Source: Stegostoma tigrinum (lineage: Eukaryota). From it: a stretch of DNA of 64,000 nt. Positions 48,351-61,479 of this stretch are shown piece after piece (within the stretch, counting starts at the first letter, position 1; each line of letters starts with the position of its first letter). Made by a program: the position numbers and the translations under genes. The DNA lies in NCBI RefSeq assembly GCF_030684315.1, contig NC_081368.1, positions 33,289,899-33,353,898 on the forward strand. The letters run 5' to 3'. The notes under the pieces were generated by a model. That model saw only the letters and a program-made list of their open reading frames with translations. It did no database searches and was not told where the DNA came from.

Positions 48351-49299
48351 GGAAGAGCAAGTTCAGAAAGAAAAGTTTAAAAAAAACGATAAGCTAGAAG
48401 TTTTGGTTTGTGTTGGAACTAATGACATGGAAAAGTTAGATGTGATTGGCAGATACAATTTTGGAAGTGTTAAATGATGTCTCTTGGAACATGGACATTG
48501 ACTGAAATTGGATACAAGACTCTAGATCATACTAACTAGCAATTTAGAAGTATATCATAATTCCCTTTTTAGGAAGTGTAACATTTTAATTTATGAAGGA
48601 ATTTTTATGGGAAAACGAGAGAGAGATTATTTCCCAATTGCAAAATCAGAGAGCGGTTACTGGGAAAAGGTGTTACAATATAGAACATTTTGCCATTAAA
48701 AATAGAGGCAGGATTTTCTGATTGCAGGGTAAACTTCTGAAACAGAGGAAGGCAAACGGTTTGGTGAGAACAAGCTGTAAAATTGCAGATTATTCTGAAG
48801 TGAAGGCATAAAAAGCCAAAAGCTATCCCTGTGTATTCTAAATTTCTACAATTCTACCTACATATCTTTTAGCAACAGCACAATCATTCCTCGCAAAAAA
48901 AGTGGTCTCAGATCCAGATATTCCAGGGTTGCAAAAAGAGAGTAAATCTTGGAAGACAAAACTTAGCTGATCCTGTTTAGTGGATATTAATGATTAAAAT
49001 GCAGAAGGTTGGATTTATTCACTTAAATATTATAACTCCTTTGTAAAAGCTAATATGTTAGTCATTTTGTCAGTGCGTTGAGCTATCTTGAGACATATAT
49101 TTACCAAGGTGTGAACATCACTTAGGTAATCATGATGTTTGAAAAGGTTTCGTCAGGTGTTGTGGTTCAAGCATTTCCACGAATCAAAATTGTGCCTTTG
49201 TTTTGGCGTGAAACTGCCCAGTCAAAGATTAGTGTTCAAGATTTCTAATTTTTTTTAAAATTTAGCCACCGGTTAAATTGATGTATCTGATAAGATATT

Positions 49300-49905
49300 C
49301 ATGGAATGATACAGTACAGATCACCAGTCATACCACCATGTCTGTGTCAGCACTTTGGAAGAGCTATCCAGTTGGCTCCAATCCATACTTGTTCCCCATA
49401 GCCCTTTTCCCCATCAAAAATGTATCAAATTTTCTTTTGAATTGTTTTAATTAAATCTGCTTCAAATACTTTCTGTATTCCATATCACAAAACCTTGCTG
49501 TGTACATAGTTTTCTCTTCATGGTATCTCTGACTCTTTTGGAAATTATCTTAAACTTGTATTCTTGATTACCAACCCATCTGTCATTGGAAGTTTTCTTT
49601 TACTGTCAAAACCTTTTGATTTTGAACACCTATTCGATTTTCTCCCAGCTTTAAAAAAAGCAACACCAGTTTCTCCAGTTAATTCACATAACCGGACTTC
49701 TTCATTCCAGTACCATTCTAGTAACTCTGTCTAGCCCATACTAGCCTTCCAAGAATATAATAACCAGAACTGAACACAGTACTCAAAATAAAGATTAACC
49801 AGGGGTTAATGAAAGCTTAGTATAACTTGTTTTTGTGCTCTATTCCACTGTAAATAAAGGTCAGAAATCTAGCATGGCTTTTTATAAAGCTTCCTCCACT
49901 TGGTT
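49300..49905 (-). mobile_element. Old CR1 3' fragment
   Basis: accagaactgaacacagtactc (reverse of the EYCVQFW coding sequence), cagtaccattctagtaa, reversed 3' UTR near 49310-49420. Confidence 0.6.
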
Positions 49906-51189
49906 TCAAGCTGACATTAATAATGATCAAAAAGGCACAATAGGATAGCTGGCATACATAGAAATGTCACAACCTTCAGAGAAAGCTGGGGAAATAAAAA
50001 GAAGGACAGGAAAGCTTTCCGTCATTTGTCATGGACACAATGGGCTAAATGACCTCCTAAACTGTGAATTTCTAGTTCAAAAATGTTTAGTTTTTCCACC
50101 ACAATTTAAAATGAGTTACAATCCAGAGAAGAAATAGTTAACCATAAATAATTCTACATAGAAAAGATAGGCTGTATATTTTTATTATTTACAAAAAAAA
50201 GAACATTTTACTGTTTAAAAATGCAAGTACAGGAATAATAAAGACAAACATGACAGTACAAAATATTCAATGGCTTGGTTCACAAAACATTCTTTAAAAG
50301 TAGTGCACACTGCATAACTTATTCCCTTTTAGGGCAATCAAATAAACGTTTGTTTTGCAATTAGTCAATTTATGTAACATTTCACAGATTTTCTCTGAAT
50401 TAATCAGTTGGTAAAGGCTTCGGACCAAGTCAGATGATCTCAACTGGAAATATATATGTCACTTCAGCACCTTTGAATAAAGGAAAACAGGATTCCCTTT
50501 TCTGAACCTTAAGACAGTACTCTCAACTGGAATACAAGCATAAAAATTGAGTTTGCGATAGAATTTGGCCTCAAAAATGAAGAAAAATACATTATATATC
50601 TTGCAGAAATTAGTTTTAAACACAAAACAGGAGAGTACAGAATCATCTTTCCTGAAAATGGTGCTTGTGTTCTAATAAAATACAGGAATTTAGTCATTCA
50701 ATAGTACTAAGGATTGAATATAGTAAAGGTGTGGTTATTGTTTTAATGATTGAAGTATCTGGTCATCACGTGGCTAGAGAATCAAGTTTATATTCCGATG
50801 AATGCACTCAAAATTGGAATCAGGGTTCATTGTACACAAACTGAGGGCTTATATTAGTTTCTAGCTCCTTCACAAAATTAATCTTGGCCCATATGTCATG
50901 TTTTTCTGGTGAGAGTGCTCATGACAGCATGGTGAATAATCATCAGATTTGCAAATTTAACAGCTGTCACTGGTTTTAATGTGGAGGGGCAGGGAAAAGG
51001 CAGTTGAGCAGGGTGATGGAGAGAACAAAAGGATAATAACTTTGAAAACAGAACTATAGGTTGAAGTTAACATCAGAAAGCACTTCTTTATGCAATAGGG
51101 TAGTGAAAATTTGGAACTCTGCTCCAGGAATGGTTGAGACTGATTCAATTGTAAATGTCAAAAATAAGGTCAATTAAGTTTGAAGAAGG

Positions 51190-51441
51190 TTCTGAAGAAG
51201 GGTGCCAAAACATTGAGATAATGGGAACTGCAGGTGCTGGAGAATCTGAGATAACAAAGTGTGGAGCTGGATGAACACAGCAGGCCAAGCAGCATCTGAG
51301 GAGCACAAAAGCTGACGTTTCGGGCCTAGACCCTTCATCAGAAATCTGCTTCCTCTTCACAGATACTGTCAGACCCATGGACATTTTCTAGCAATTTCTG
51401 TTTTTGTTTGATTTCCAGCATCTGAAGTTCTTTGTTTTTTT
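51190..51441. mobile_element. Nested pair of PLE-derived short elements: inner (-) 51215-51344 inside outer (+), within a CR1 3' end (about 50960-51590)
   Basis: Outer ctgaagaagggtgccaaaacatt|...|tctgcttcctcttcacagatactgtcagacc. Inner minus-strand core ctgatgaagggtctaggcccgaaacgtc at 51341-51314. Confidence 0.75.
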
Positions 51442-54400
51442 TAATGTTTTAAATCAGTTTTGTTAGCTATTGAGGATTGTGGAACAAAGTCAATTGGATG
51501 GTGTTAAGTACAGATCAGCCACTAGCAAACTAAATCCTAAAACTGGTTTTAAGGGACTAAATGGCTCAACTTTGCTTCTATGTCCCAATTTGCTTTAGTG
51601 AGCTGGGAAGGGGGACAGGCAAGAGGAGTTAGGAAAGTTGAGAAATTAAGGTGTTCACAAATGTCCAGATCCAAGACTTACTGAATAATGAAGTAAAAGG
51701 GTGCACATTCTGACATATTCAAAAAGTAGAATCTCAAATATTTTAGAAATTTATTTGTACTCTACATTGCATGGCAAATCTGGTTATGATTTCTTTACTG
51801 TAATATTATCCCCTCAAATAACAAATCAAGTAACACATTGAATCAGTTACATAAATCTCCAAAAGATTGAGAATTTCTTTGACTTACCACCTTTATAAAT
51901 GTGACAAGAGACGTCCAAAACAAAATTGAATCTTATTAATTCTGGTGAAAAGGAAATTCCTGATATAGTCTAGTTTTCTAAGTGAGCTAAAAGACTACTG
52001 CTTAGGTAATGTTGACTTCTAAAACAATACTGCTCAATTCATTTGTAGACTCGTTTGAAAATACAACTTAGTGATATTCTTTTAACAAAGTTGAAATACT
52101 GTTGATGCTTAACATCACAAATATAAATAAAGTGCTGGAAATACTCAGCAGCTTAGGTGAAGAGAGAAATAGGTGCAATGTTTAGGTTGGTGAATATTCA
52201 TTAGAAATAGAAAATGTTACGGACATGGCAGGTTTTAGCAAGTCGAAAGGCAGGAGAAAGGAAGGTGAAATGAAATTTGGAAAGAACGAAGATAAGTAGA
52301 ACTGACTAAATGTTAGAGGTGATTTTGTTGATGAGTATTGGCATTTTTTTTTAAAAATGTGTAGTCACACACACATCTGACAACTGAAAAAGACTGATTT
52401 ATGTGAACCTACACAGGAACCTCTTAGCAGCTGTACGACAGCACACTTTAGAAGGAAATTTGATAATGATGCAAGGCTAATAGGCGATTATCAGGGCAAG
52501 TAAAGAGCCAAAAAAAAATATAGGTTTAAAGATGGAAACAGCAAACAAATCATAGCTAACTAGAGGGGAGAAAAAAAATGATGTAATTGCAGGTTAGTGA
52601 CCTTTCATCAGTGGCTTAAAAGTAGTTAATGATCAGTCCCATATATCATACAAGGAACACCCAAATGATTACCAACACTTATGAAAAGTTTCTTTACTCA
52701 TCCCAAATTTTACTAACACTCTCTAAATGCTGATTATGGAGAAGTTGATCATGTTACATCAAGTATCCACATGGGGCATGGGGGTCCTGGAGATGTGGAT
52801 GTTCGTACAAGGGCCCTGGCCAAGAATGTGGCGCAGATGCAAACAGGGAACAAGTCAACATTCTGAAGAGCTGAAAATTAATTTAGATGGGGGTACAATG
52901 AGCTAAGACAGAAACTAATCACTCAAGGTACCACCATATCAATTTCCACAATTGGGATTAATACTATTATTCAGAGACAGAGTTATTGATATTCACATTA
53001 CACCTATCATCATGAAGGGTCAGGAACTATCTACATAATAATATACATTCATGAGTAGTCTAAAATTTCCTATCCTCCATCCTAAATGGCCCACTTATCA
53101 TCAGAAAACAGTAAACTGACAAATTGAACTCACAACGTCAATTGTTTCTCTCTGCAGGTGCTACCAGACCCATGGAGTTTCTCCAGGACTTTGTTTTCAC
53201 TTCAGATCTCCAGCATTTGCAGTGTTTTTTTTGGCACTTTAACCTCAGCGGTCTCTCCAACAATCAATCAAGAAAATTTATCTAACAGGTAACACTTAGC
53301 CATAAAGATTCAAAAGTTGTAGATATGATTCAGAATCTGTACTGCTAGCTAGCATTTGCGCATACCTATGGGGCAGCAAGACCGTAAAACAGAATCAGCG
53401 CGCTTTCTTGCCTGCAATTTTAAAGCAGTGCTCAAACTGATACATTCATAGATAGAGGGCAGAGTAAGAGCCTGCATGTCATATTTTACATTTGAACTAG
53501 AATATCAATTCCTCATCACCACCAATTGATCTCTGCAGAGAGTACACCTGTATAGTGATAATAAGAGGATTCCATCCAGTTTGGTAATAATGCAATGGAC
53601 TGCCAAAGCTCACTGCCTTACTTGTATGGAGATCAAAAATTTCAGCAGATATTGAAACATCAAGGTCTTGGCAAAAGTCCACCTGCAAAGCTGTCTTCAG
53701 GAGGGTAGAAATTGTCAAAAAGAAAGAATCACAGCTGGGGTTAGTGCAGTTCGTGAGAAATTGAAAAAATTCAGTTTAAGGAAAACGATTTTCTTCAATA
53801 GAAAAATTGATCCATTAATATTCAACACAGTCTATTCTATTTACTAATTTGGGCAGTGAAATAACGCTGTACAAATATCATTATCATCCTGGCTTAGATG
53901 AGGAGACGGAAGAAAAAAGTAACTTGTGGCTCCTCTGCTGATTACTATCACTTGATTCCAACAGGAAATACAAGTGTAAACAGTGACATATGTCAACTAT
54001 CATATCTACAATTACCACCAGATTCTCATATAATGGGAATTCGGATAAGACAACAAAGTACATCCAATGCTTCTTGAAATAAACACTGCCACAAATCAAC
54101 AACATAGAAGGATAAGGACATAAAATTGACAAGACTCAAATGCACAGGCAACAACGTTTATCTCAGCACATCCCCAATGGCTTTCTATGCAGTTAACTCC
54201 AAACTAAATTTTGTTCAGTCAGTCATAAACATTTATCAGGCAGAAAAAAAAATACTTTTCTAAAAAAAAGAAAAAAATTCCCGGAAAAACTACCACCGAG
54301 TACCACCAAGGTTATTAAACATATCTTTCGAAGTTTGAAGCTGAGAAGATATAGAAACCGATTTTTTTAAAATGTCTGTACATACATGCAAAATATATTG

Positions 54401-55367
54401 AAATTAACAAGTTCAGTTTGTGCTGGATATATCTGTGTTCTCTTCAAATTCCCTTTGCAGTGCAAAGCCCATTTGTTGTTCCACTATTTAAAATGCAATG
54501 CATCCAACAAATCTTTATGGGGCTGCTACCAGGGTGCAGCCTCTTTGTCTCTTAAGAATTGAGTAGTGGAGTGCTATGTAGTCATGGACACGTAGCCTGG
54601 AAGAAATGCTGATCACAATCATAGAAGCAGGAGTATTTTCACTATTGGAAAAAGCTTAGAAAAATAGAATTTTGAGCTGATATTCAACACCTATTGATTC
54701 TGATATTACAACATGGGACAGTGGTGAAATCTAAGAGAATTCTGTTTGCTTGCTTAATAATTACTCAACTTATGAGCAGCAACAGGAAGCCATTCCCTGT
54801 TTGAAGGATATTTAATAATAATCTGTAAAATAAAAATCAAAAGGAAAACAATGCAGCTACTGAAAAACTGAAAGAAAATTTTCTACAGTAATGCATTTGT
54901 CTCAATTAATACTTCTCATGACAGGCACCGTGCCACCCATAGAAATTCATAAGAAACTCAGAAGCAATTAACACAAATTAAAGAATGATCTGCAATCAAA
55001 CTACATCACGGTTAAAAAAATAATTTGTTTAATATTCCTTTATTGACCGCAGGTCAACTATTTTGCTCATCGATTATGGTCTGACAAGTTCCATGATTCA
55101 TAAAAGGAGAAAAGTTAGTTAATAATCAGTTGCATTCTACATAATCTCATTGAGTTACCCTCATGTTGGGTAAAATTTCAAGCTTTCTTGAAGTGTACTT
55201 AATTACTATTTAAAAATAAACTCAAATTTAAGATGACACTATCCTTAAAATATTTAAGAAAGGAATACATGAACAAGATAAAAGCCAACTGAGCCATATG
55301 AACAAGATGGTGTCAAACTGAATTCTTATTCTGAGGTGGTACTTGAATTAATTTAGAATGATTAGAA

Positions 55368-55664
55368 GCATAGAATCCTATGGAAGCAGGCTATTCGGCC
55401 AATCAAGTCCACACCGACTCTCCGAAGAGCATCCCTGCCAGTCCCATCCCCTAAATTTCCTACCCTAGGCACTATGGGCAATTTAGCATGGCCAATCCAC
55501 CTAACCTGCACATCTTTGGACTGTGGGCGGAAACTGGAGCACCCAGAGGAAACCCCCACAGCCATGGGGAGAACATACAAACTCCACACAGACAGTTGCC
55601 CATGGGTGGAATTGGGTCCCTCGTGCTGTGAGGCAGCAGTGCTAATCACTGAGCCCATGCCGCC
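55368..55664 (-). mobile_element. Near full-length HE1/V-SINE
   Basis: tRNA-like head ggcggcatgggctcagtgattagcactgctgcctcacagc; V-domain tgtgtggagtttg...gggtttcctctgggtgctccagtttcc...cacagtccaaagatgtgcaggttagg; CR1-like tail. Confidence 0.92.
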
Positions 55665-57630
55665 AAAGGCCTCAGCATCTGTCTGAGGAAATGGGAAGGT
55701 GATCGTGGTTTATGCGGTTTTGAAATCCAGGGACCCCAATTAATAGTGTATGTATCTCTGCATGGACTGTCAAATGAGTAAAGAGTCTGGAAGCTTTTAT
55801 TGTGTGTATTCAAAAGAAAAAAAATTGGTGATGTATGGGCACAGCAAATGTGAATTCTGGTATAAAACCCAGCACTCTCTAACGCTTTTACGAAAGGGCT
55901 GACATTTAGCTTTTATAGATTTTGCAGGTACTCAATAATCCTCATAGATTTCCAACAAAAAAAATGTAAAATCATTTTCTGCAATACAAAGTTTGGTGGG
56001 AATGTCAGCTGTGAGGTGAAACCATAAAAAGAGGTTAGTGAGAAATATAGAAGATTAAGTGACTGGACAAAGTAGCTAATGAGGAAATGTTATTTTGGTT
56101 GGAAGGATGGAAAATCAATATCTTTTAAAAAAGTGCAAAACTACTGAATAATGTCCAGAAGGACTTGAGTGTACCCATTAGGAACACCGACATAAACTAC
56201 AGTTAGAAAATGCGTTCTGTACTCTTCATACTATAGCTTTATAAATGGGTGACCTGAAGCCCAAGAGAAAGATGGTGCTGCGCAGCCTTGAGTGAACAGA
56301 AGCTGGTTTGCAAATAAGTACACTCCAACATGAGCCACAGGACTTACTCATCACAATGACTATGTATAAACAAGGCTCTTACTTTCCACCTTGATGTCTG
56401 AACCAAATACTCTGTATAACAAAATTCCACTTGTGGCAATTTTATGATTTATTTTGTAAAATTCTAACCATTATTCAGGCATTGAGAAGTTTCCTCATGA
56501 TGTCTGATAACGAAACAGGCACTGAATAACAGAAAATAAAGCAACAAATCTATTTTTACAGAAGGCAAAATGTAAAGTGAAAATATCTCGCAATCACTCA
56601 AACAGCCATAAATCTTTAGCTAATTACCAATACTGTCCACAATATATTGCAAAAACAATAAAGTGAAATACAACTTCCTCCAATGATTTGGCCCAGAATG
56701 AGTGTTCCAATGCAAGCTTATCCGGGCCACTCAACACTAGGAATTCATGAATAAATCCCCACAACTCATAGGCCAAGTGAATTATCTTAGTTAGGGTAGC
56801 AGCTGGCTTTAAATATGTCAGAGCTCCTCTCTCTGATTACTGTGCAGTGACTTTTGCACGTGGCAGAGATTTGTCAAAAACTGAATTAGACTCAAATATC
56901 ATTGGAGGATAGCTTGTTTTGTGGAATTACAAATGGAATAGGCACTTAGGCAACAAATCCGTGGGCTTGTGGCAGCCATGGAACCATTTCTGAACAAGGG
57001 AAATAGAAAAACAGGTAAGGAGATAAGATTGGAGAAAAATTTAAAAGGGAAATGCAATTATCATATCTATCTTTTATATGAAAGTATTTAATCTAAAATT
57101 TTAAGAACTTCCAATTTAGAAAATATGTTGGTTAATATTTATAAAACAGCCAGCTTAAGTTTCTAAAAAGCATTCACCGCACCCAACACTGGCTTCTTCA
57201 GTGGCAAAAAATTAAGACACTACAATGAAGCAATGTGTTCAGATTGGTCCATTAAATTTTAAGAAATACACAAAGACAGATCTCAATAACTGGACACATC
57301 ATAACATCTGCATTTCACCATGGAAACGCATAAGGAATTCAGGTGGAAAATGACTACAATTTCCTATCTATTATGAACAGTCTGCTAAATTTTTATATTA
57401 GCTTCTGGCAAGTGAGAATCCAACCCAAGCCCCATTTTGTAACATTTCCCTTTGAAATATATCCTCTCATTTAAGCAGCCAGATTCCCCAAAATATCTTG
57501 GAGTATTTTCCCTTTGTTAAAGAACTATCTGTTGGCATTTTCTAATTCTGACACTTTTGAATGATGGTATTTGTATCAAAACCAAATACATTTGTGAACG
57601 AATACGTACAAGTTATATGGAGATAAGTAA

Positions 57631-57954
57631 TTATTTTTCGACAGCATCTTGGGATATTTGATGGGTGTCTTCATCTGCTTGTATTTTCAATTGGACTACA
57701 TCAAGGGCATCATTGTTATTCAAAGTAGATTGACACATGAAAGAGGAGTCGTTTCCATTATCCACATGCTTGCTCCCAGCAGAAACAGTTTCAATGACCT
57801 CTTCTGTGCCATTTGTTAACATACTGTGCTCTTCCTCCAAATAGTCCTGAGCAGCACCAATTACTTGCAGGTGGGTGGAATCTTCCTCCATAGAAAGTTT
57901 CATTGGTAAGATAAAGGTAGAATCAGAATGTGCTTTATCCTGATGAGTTAGTTT
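57631..57954 (-). CDS. MTMR8: MTMR8 probable terminal coding exon (107 aa, low-complexity acidic tail)
   Basis: Acceptor ttctgttttcttattacag|AAA CTA. Phase 0 continues the coiled coil (…ADLNQ|KLTHQ…), like the ...EK|KL junction region of MTMR8. Tail sequence itself is not recognisably conserved. Confidence 0.7.
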   Translation of the reverse strand, partial: KLTHQDKAHSDSTFILPMKLSMEEDSTHLQVIGAAQDYLEEEHSMLTNGTEEVIETVSAGSKHVDNGNDSSFMCQSTLNNNDALDVVQLKIQADEDTHQISQDAVEK

Positions 57955-59149
57955 CTGTAATAAGAAAACAGAACAACCATCAGAAAAGTTCCAAGTAATA
58001 GTGTGCACTGCTATACACATTAATGCACCAATTATTAAAAAAAACCCTTAAGTTAAAACTCCAATTATAAAAATACATCATGATTTATATATTGGTAGAA
58101 CATTCTAACATTTCCTAAAACAGCATCTGCAATGCAAGTTTGTCAAGATAATTGTTCTCTCTCTGCTTTTGAAGGTAAAACAAGAGCACAGTTTGAAGAG
58201 ATTCAAATGGCAACAAATTTCCCACAATCAAGGGCATCGAAGTCTAATTCCGTAATAATGATTAACTTTGTATTTAAACTGATGTGTAACAGAACAGATT
58301 TTCATTTAACAGCATGAGAGTTTCAAGTGAAGAAGAAACTGTGTGTGAAGTTTTTCCACTAGTAATTTGAACTCCGTTTTGAATTGCTACAATTCTAATC
58401 AAGAACCACAATCTTTTGCAATTCAGTTAGGGACCTGTAACTTTTTTTGTTATAGTCGACAAATCAGAAATCCCAATTACTCAGAATAAAAATTCCACAG
58501 ATTTAGAGAAACAGAGAAATTTTTGCTGTGCAAGAGTCGCAGATGTAATCAGTAAATACAATCCATCCTGTAGTCTAACATCCAGAATTAGCATGAGGTA
58601 CATATAAAATCAATTGGCAAACTATGAATACTATCAAATGACAAACACAAATAAGGCAAAGCCCACAAATTTGCTCACCAATTTATGTTGATATCAGTGA
58701 TTAGTGCAAGTCATAACAATTTTTTAAATACTATCTTTGTGATGAGGGACTTAGCTTCTCCCTTTTAGAGATCTTCATCAGCAGGTCTGTGAAAGCTTGA
58801 GGGCTCTCTTAGATCAGTAAACTATAAAATTGTAAAGTAAGAGAACTCCAAATCAGGCTGTCCCAATGATATCTCACACCTCAGCTTTCATAATATCATC
58901 TCCAGAGACTATTCTACCAGGTTGGCTAGCCTGCAAAACAAAATCTAATCACCAGCATGATTCTAGCCCTCCATCAGACAACTTCAAATAATAACAGCTC
59001 TTGCATTTCCCTGTGGCCACCGCACCTAAACCCCCACCCCCCAAATCCACCCCCTGCCAGATCCTAGCATTTCCTGAGCCTTAGATCTGATGACATCATT
59101 TCAGCTGCATGGAGCTCAATCTTTTCTTCATCTGCTATCGCAGAAACTC

Positions 59150-59900
59150 AGAATTGTTACGACACAGGAAGTGAGTTACCTATTACGTTAGCACCAACCT
59201 TCTAGGAGTACCTCATTTTCTGCCATTCTCCTGACCTCTCCATCAACATTGCATATTGTTCCTTTTCAGATAACCATCTAATTCCCTTTTGAATGCCTTC
59301 ATTGAACTTACCTCCACTGCACTCTTAGGCAGTGCCTTCTAGAGACCTTAACCACTGTGTGTAACAGATTTTCCTGGTATCACTCTTGCTTCTTTTACTA
59401 ATTATTTTAAATCATTTGTCCTCTCAGTCTATACTTTTTACGAGTGGGAACATTTTGTCCCTATTGATTCTGTCCAAACCGCTGATGATTGTGAACACAT
59501 ACGTATGCATGTGTGCAGTCTGAAAAATTTAGAGGTGAATGTGCACAGGTGGCATTCACCATAGGATTGTTGGTACCAGCTGATCTATTGATTAATAAAG
59601 CCTAGGATACTTTATGCTTTAGTAACTATTCTTGCTACCAGCTGATCTATTGATTAATAAAGCCTAGGATACTTTATGCTTTAGTAACTATTCTTGCAAT
59701 TGTTATGCTAGCTTTTATGACTTAAGAAATTATACACACAGGTCCCTGTGCTCTTGCATCTCCTTTAGAATTGGACCCTTTTGTTTCATTTTGGTACAAA
59801 GAACATGGACTGGCAAAATGAATCTCTTCACACTTCTCCATATCAAACTTCACGAGTCCTATCTGTGCAATCTATCAACTTTTGAAGTTCTACACTGTCC
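59150..59900 (-). mobile_element. Old CR1 3' fragment
   Basis: ggcagtgccttctagagaccttaaccactgtgtg (reverse of RVVK.WKALP), caggtccctgtgctcttgcatc. Confidence 0.6.
59574..59697. repeat. Perfect 62-bp tandem duplication
   Basis: taccagctgatctattgattaataaagcctaggatactttatgctttagtaactattcttgc at 59574-59635 and 59636-59697. Confidence 0.95.
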
Positions 59901-59910
59901 TCCTCACAGT

Positions 59911-60050
59911 CAAGGTCAGAAATCACTGAAACCAGGTTATAGTCCAACAGGTTTATTTGAAAACACAAGCTTTCAGAGTTTTACTCCTCCTTGAGATGTT
60001 AGTGAGAGAGGTGTTGTCTACCCAGTCCAACACTAGCGCCTCCACATCAA
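59911..60050. mobile_element. Remnant of another PLE-derived short repeat family (second fragment at about 61047-61086)
   Basis: accaggttatagtccaacaggtttatttg...agctttc...ctcc; minus strand shows a decayed core ending gaaagctt. Confidence 0.5.
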
Positions 60051-61479
60051 TCACTCCTTACAGCTGCCAATATTCAAGTTTTCAATTAACTGCAAGTTTT
60101 GAAATTTTGTCCTGTAGGCCAGGGTCTAGATCATCTACACAAATCAAGAAAAGCTGGGCTCCCAACAAGGCCTAAGGGGAACACCATCATAAACCTTTAC
60201 CCTGCCTCACTAACATGCATTAACCACTACTGTTTCCTGTCACTCGGTCAATTTTGGGTCCATGCTGCAACTGTCATATTTACTTCATGAGCACTAAACT
60301 CTGGAACGCTTTGTACCCTCAGCTCTCCCTCTGTGGTCAGATTTTCACACTGTTAAAGACCACATAGCTCCAAGAATGAAAACTATCAAATAAAGTAGGG
60401 CTGTTATAATTGAATAGCAGGAAAGTTTATCAACTGAAAAATCAGGAGCTCTTATGTATATATCATTGTGCTGTACGATACAATATTTGGTTTTGAAGCA
60501 GTAAGAGGGAGAATTTGAGATCGAACAGCGCAAAGAACATAGGAAATTAATAAGATTCTGCCTAACAAATGCCCTTTGATCAGTTGAGCTGCAGAGTGGA
60601 AGTGTTAACTGCAGCAGTGTCAGAAATATCCAGAGCCTGTTGACACAATGTATGCAATTCTACTTCTCTATGTGTGACAGAGACAAAACAAGAGAAAGCT
60701 TGGAAGAAAGAAGTCATACAAGGCAAGACCCAAGTTCATTTGGTCAACTGATGAATTGAAGGAGGACAGTCACCCTCTGAACAACAGAATGCCAACACTG
60801 CAAAAATAAAATGGACTGTGTAGAAAATAACTTTTCATTTTGTTGTTTGGACTTTAGGTTGTTGAAATTATGGTTACACAATTATGGTCACAGTCATGGT
60901 CATGGACCATGGCCTTACAGGCACAATATTCAAAATCGACCTATTGAAACTAGACATTTTTCTTTAGGGAGATCTAGACACTCTTCCAAGAACAGAGTAA
61001 GTGCAGGAATGAAGAAGCTAATCTTGGAACAACTGTAACAGACAAACAAGGTCAAAAATCACACAACACCAGGTTATCTTCCAACAATCCAAAATCAGAG
61101 AAAATTTGAAGTCTGATATGGTTTTGGTCCTGAGAATGCCAGATTTTGGACGTCAGATCAGTGCTGAATGACGAAGTAAGTTCAATGACTCATTGATCTA
61201 CTTTTGCTCCCATTTCTTCTGTTTTGTGTAAAATGCTACATAATATACTTGCTGACAAAGCGGAAGCCCTTACAGAAAAAAAAAGGACCATGGCAGCACT
61301 GAAAAGAAATTGATCGAATGACAGGGTTCGGAGGGCAATTGTGGACAGTTGTAATTCAGGCTGGGTGCCACAATACAATGATGTCCCCTAGAGGTTGGTA
61401 CTGGAGCCAGGTTTTTTAAAGATATATACATTACTTTTTTTATATATATAAAAATGAGCATTACATGGGAGTAAGTATA

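Noticed and set aside
53884-54132. 82-aa minus-strand ORF as an MTMR8 exon
   Set aside because: No suitable acceptor AG in frame and no myotubularin similarity.
55600-55664. tRNA gene
   Set aside because: tRNA-like head of an HE1/V-SINE, continuous with the V-domain and LINE tail, with a damaged B-box.
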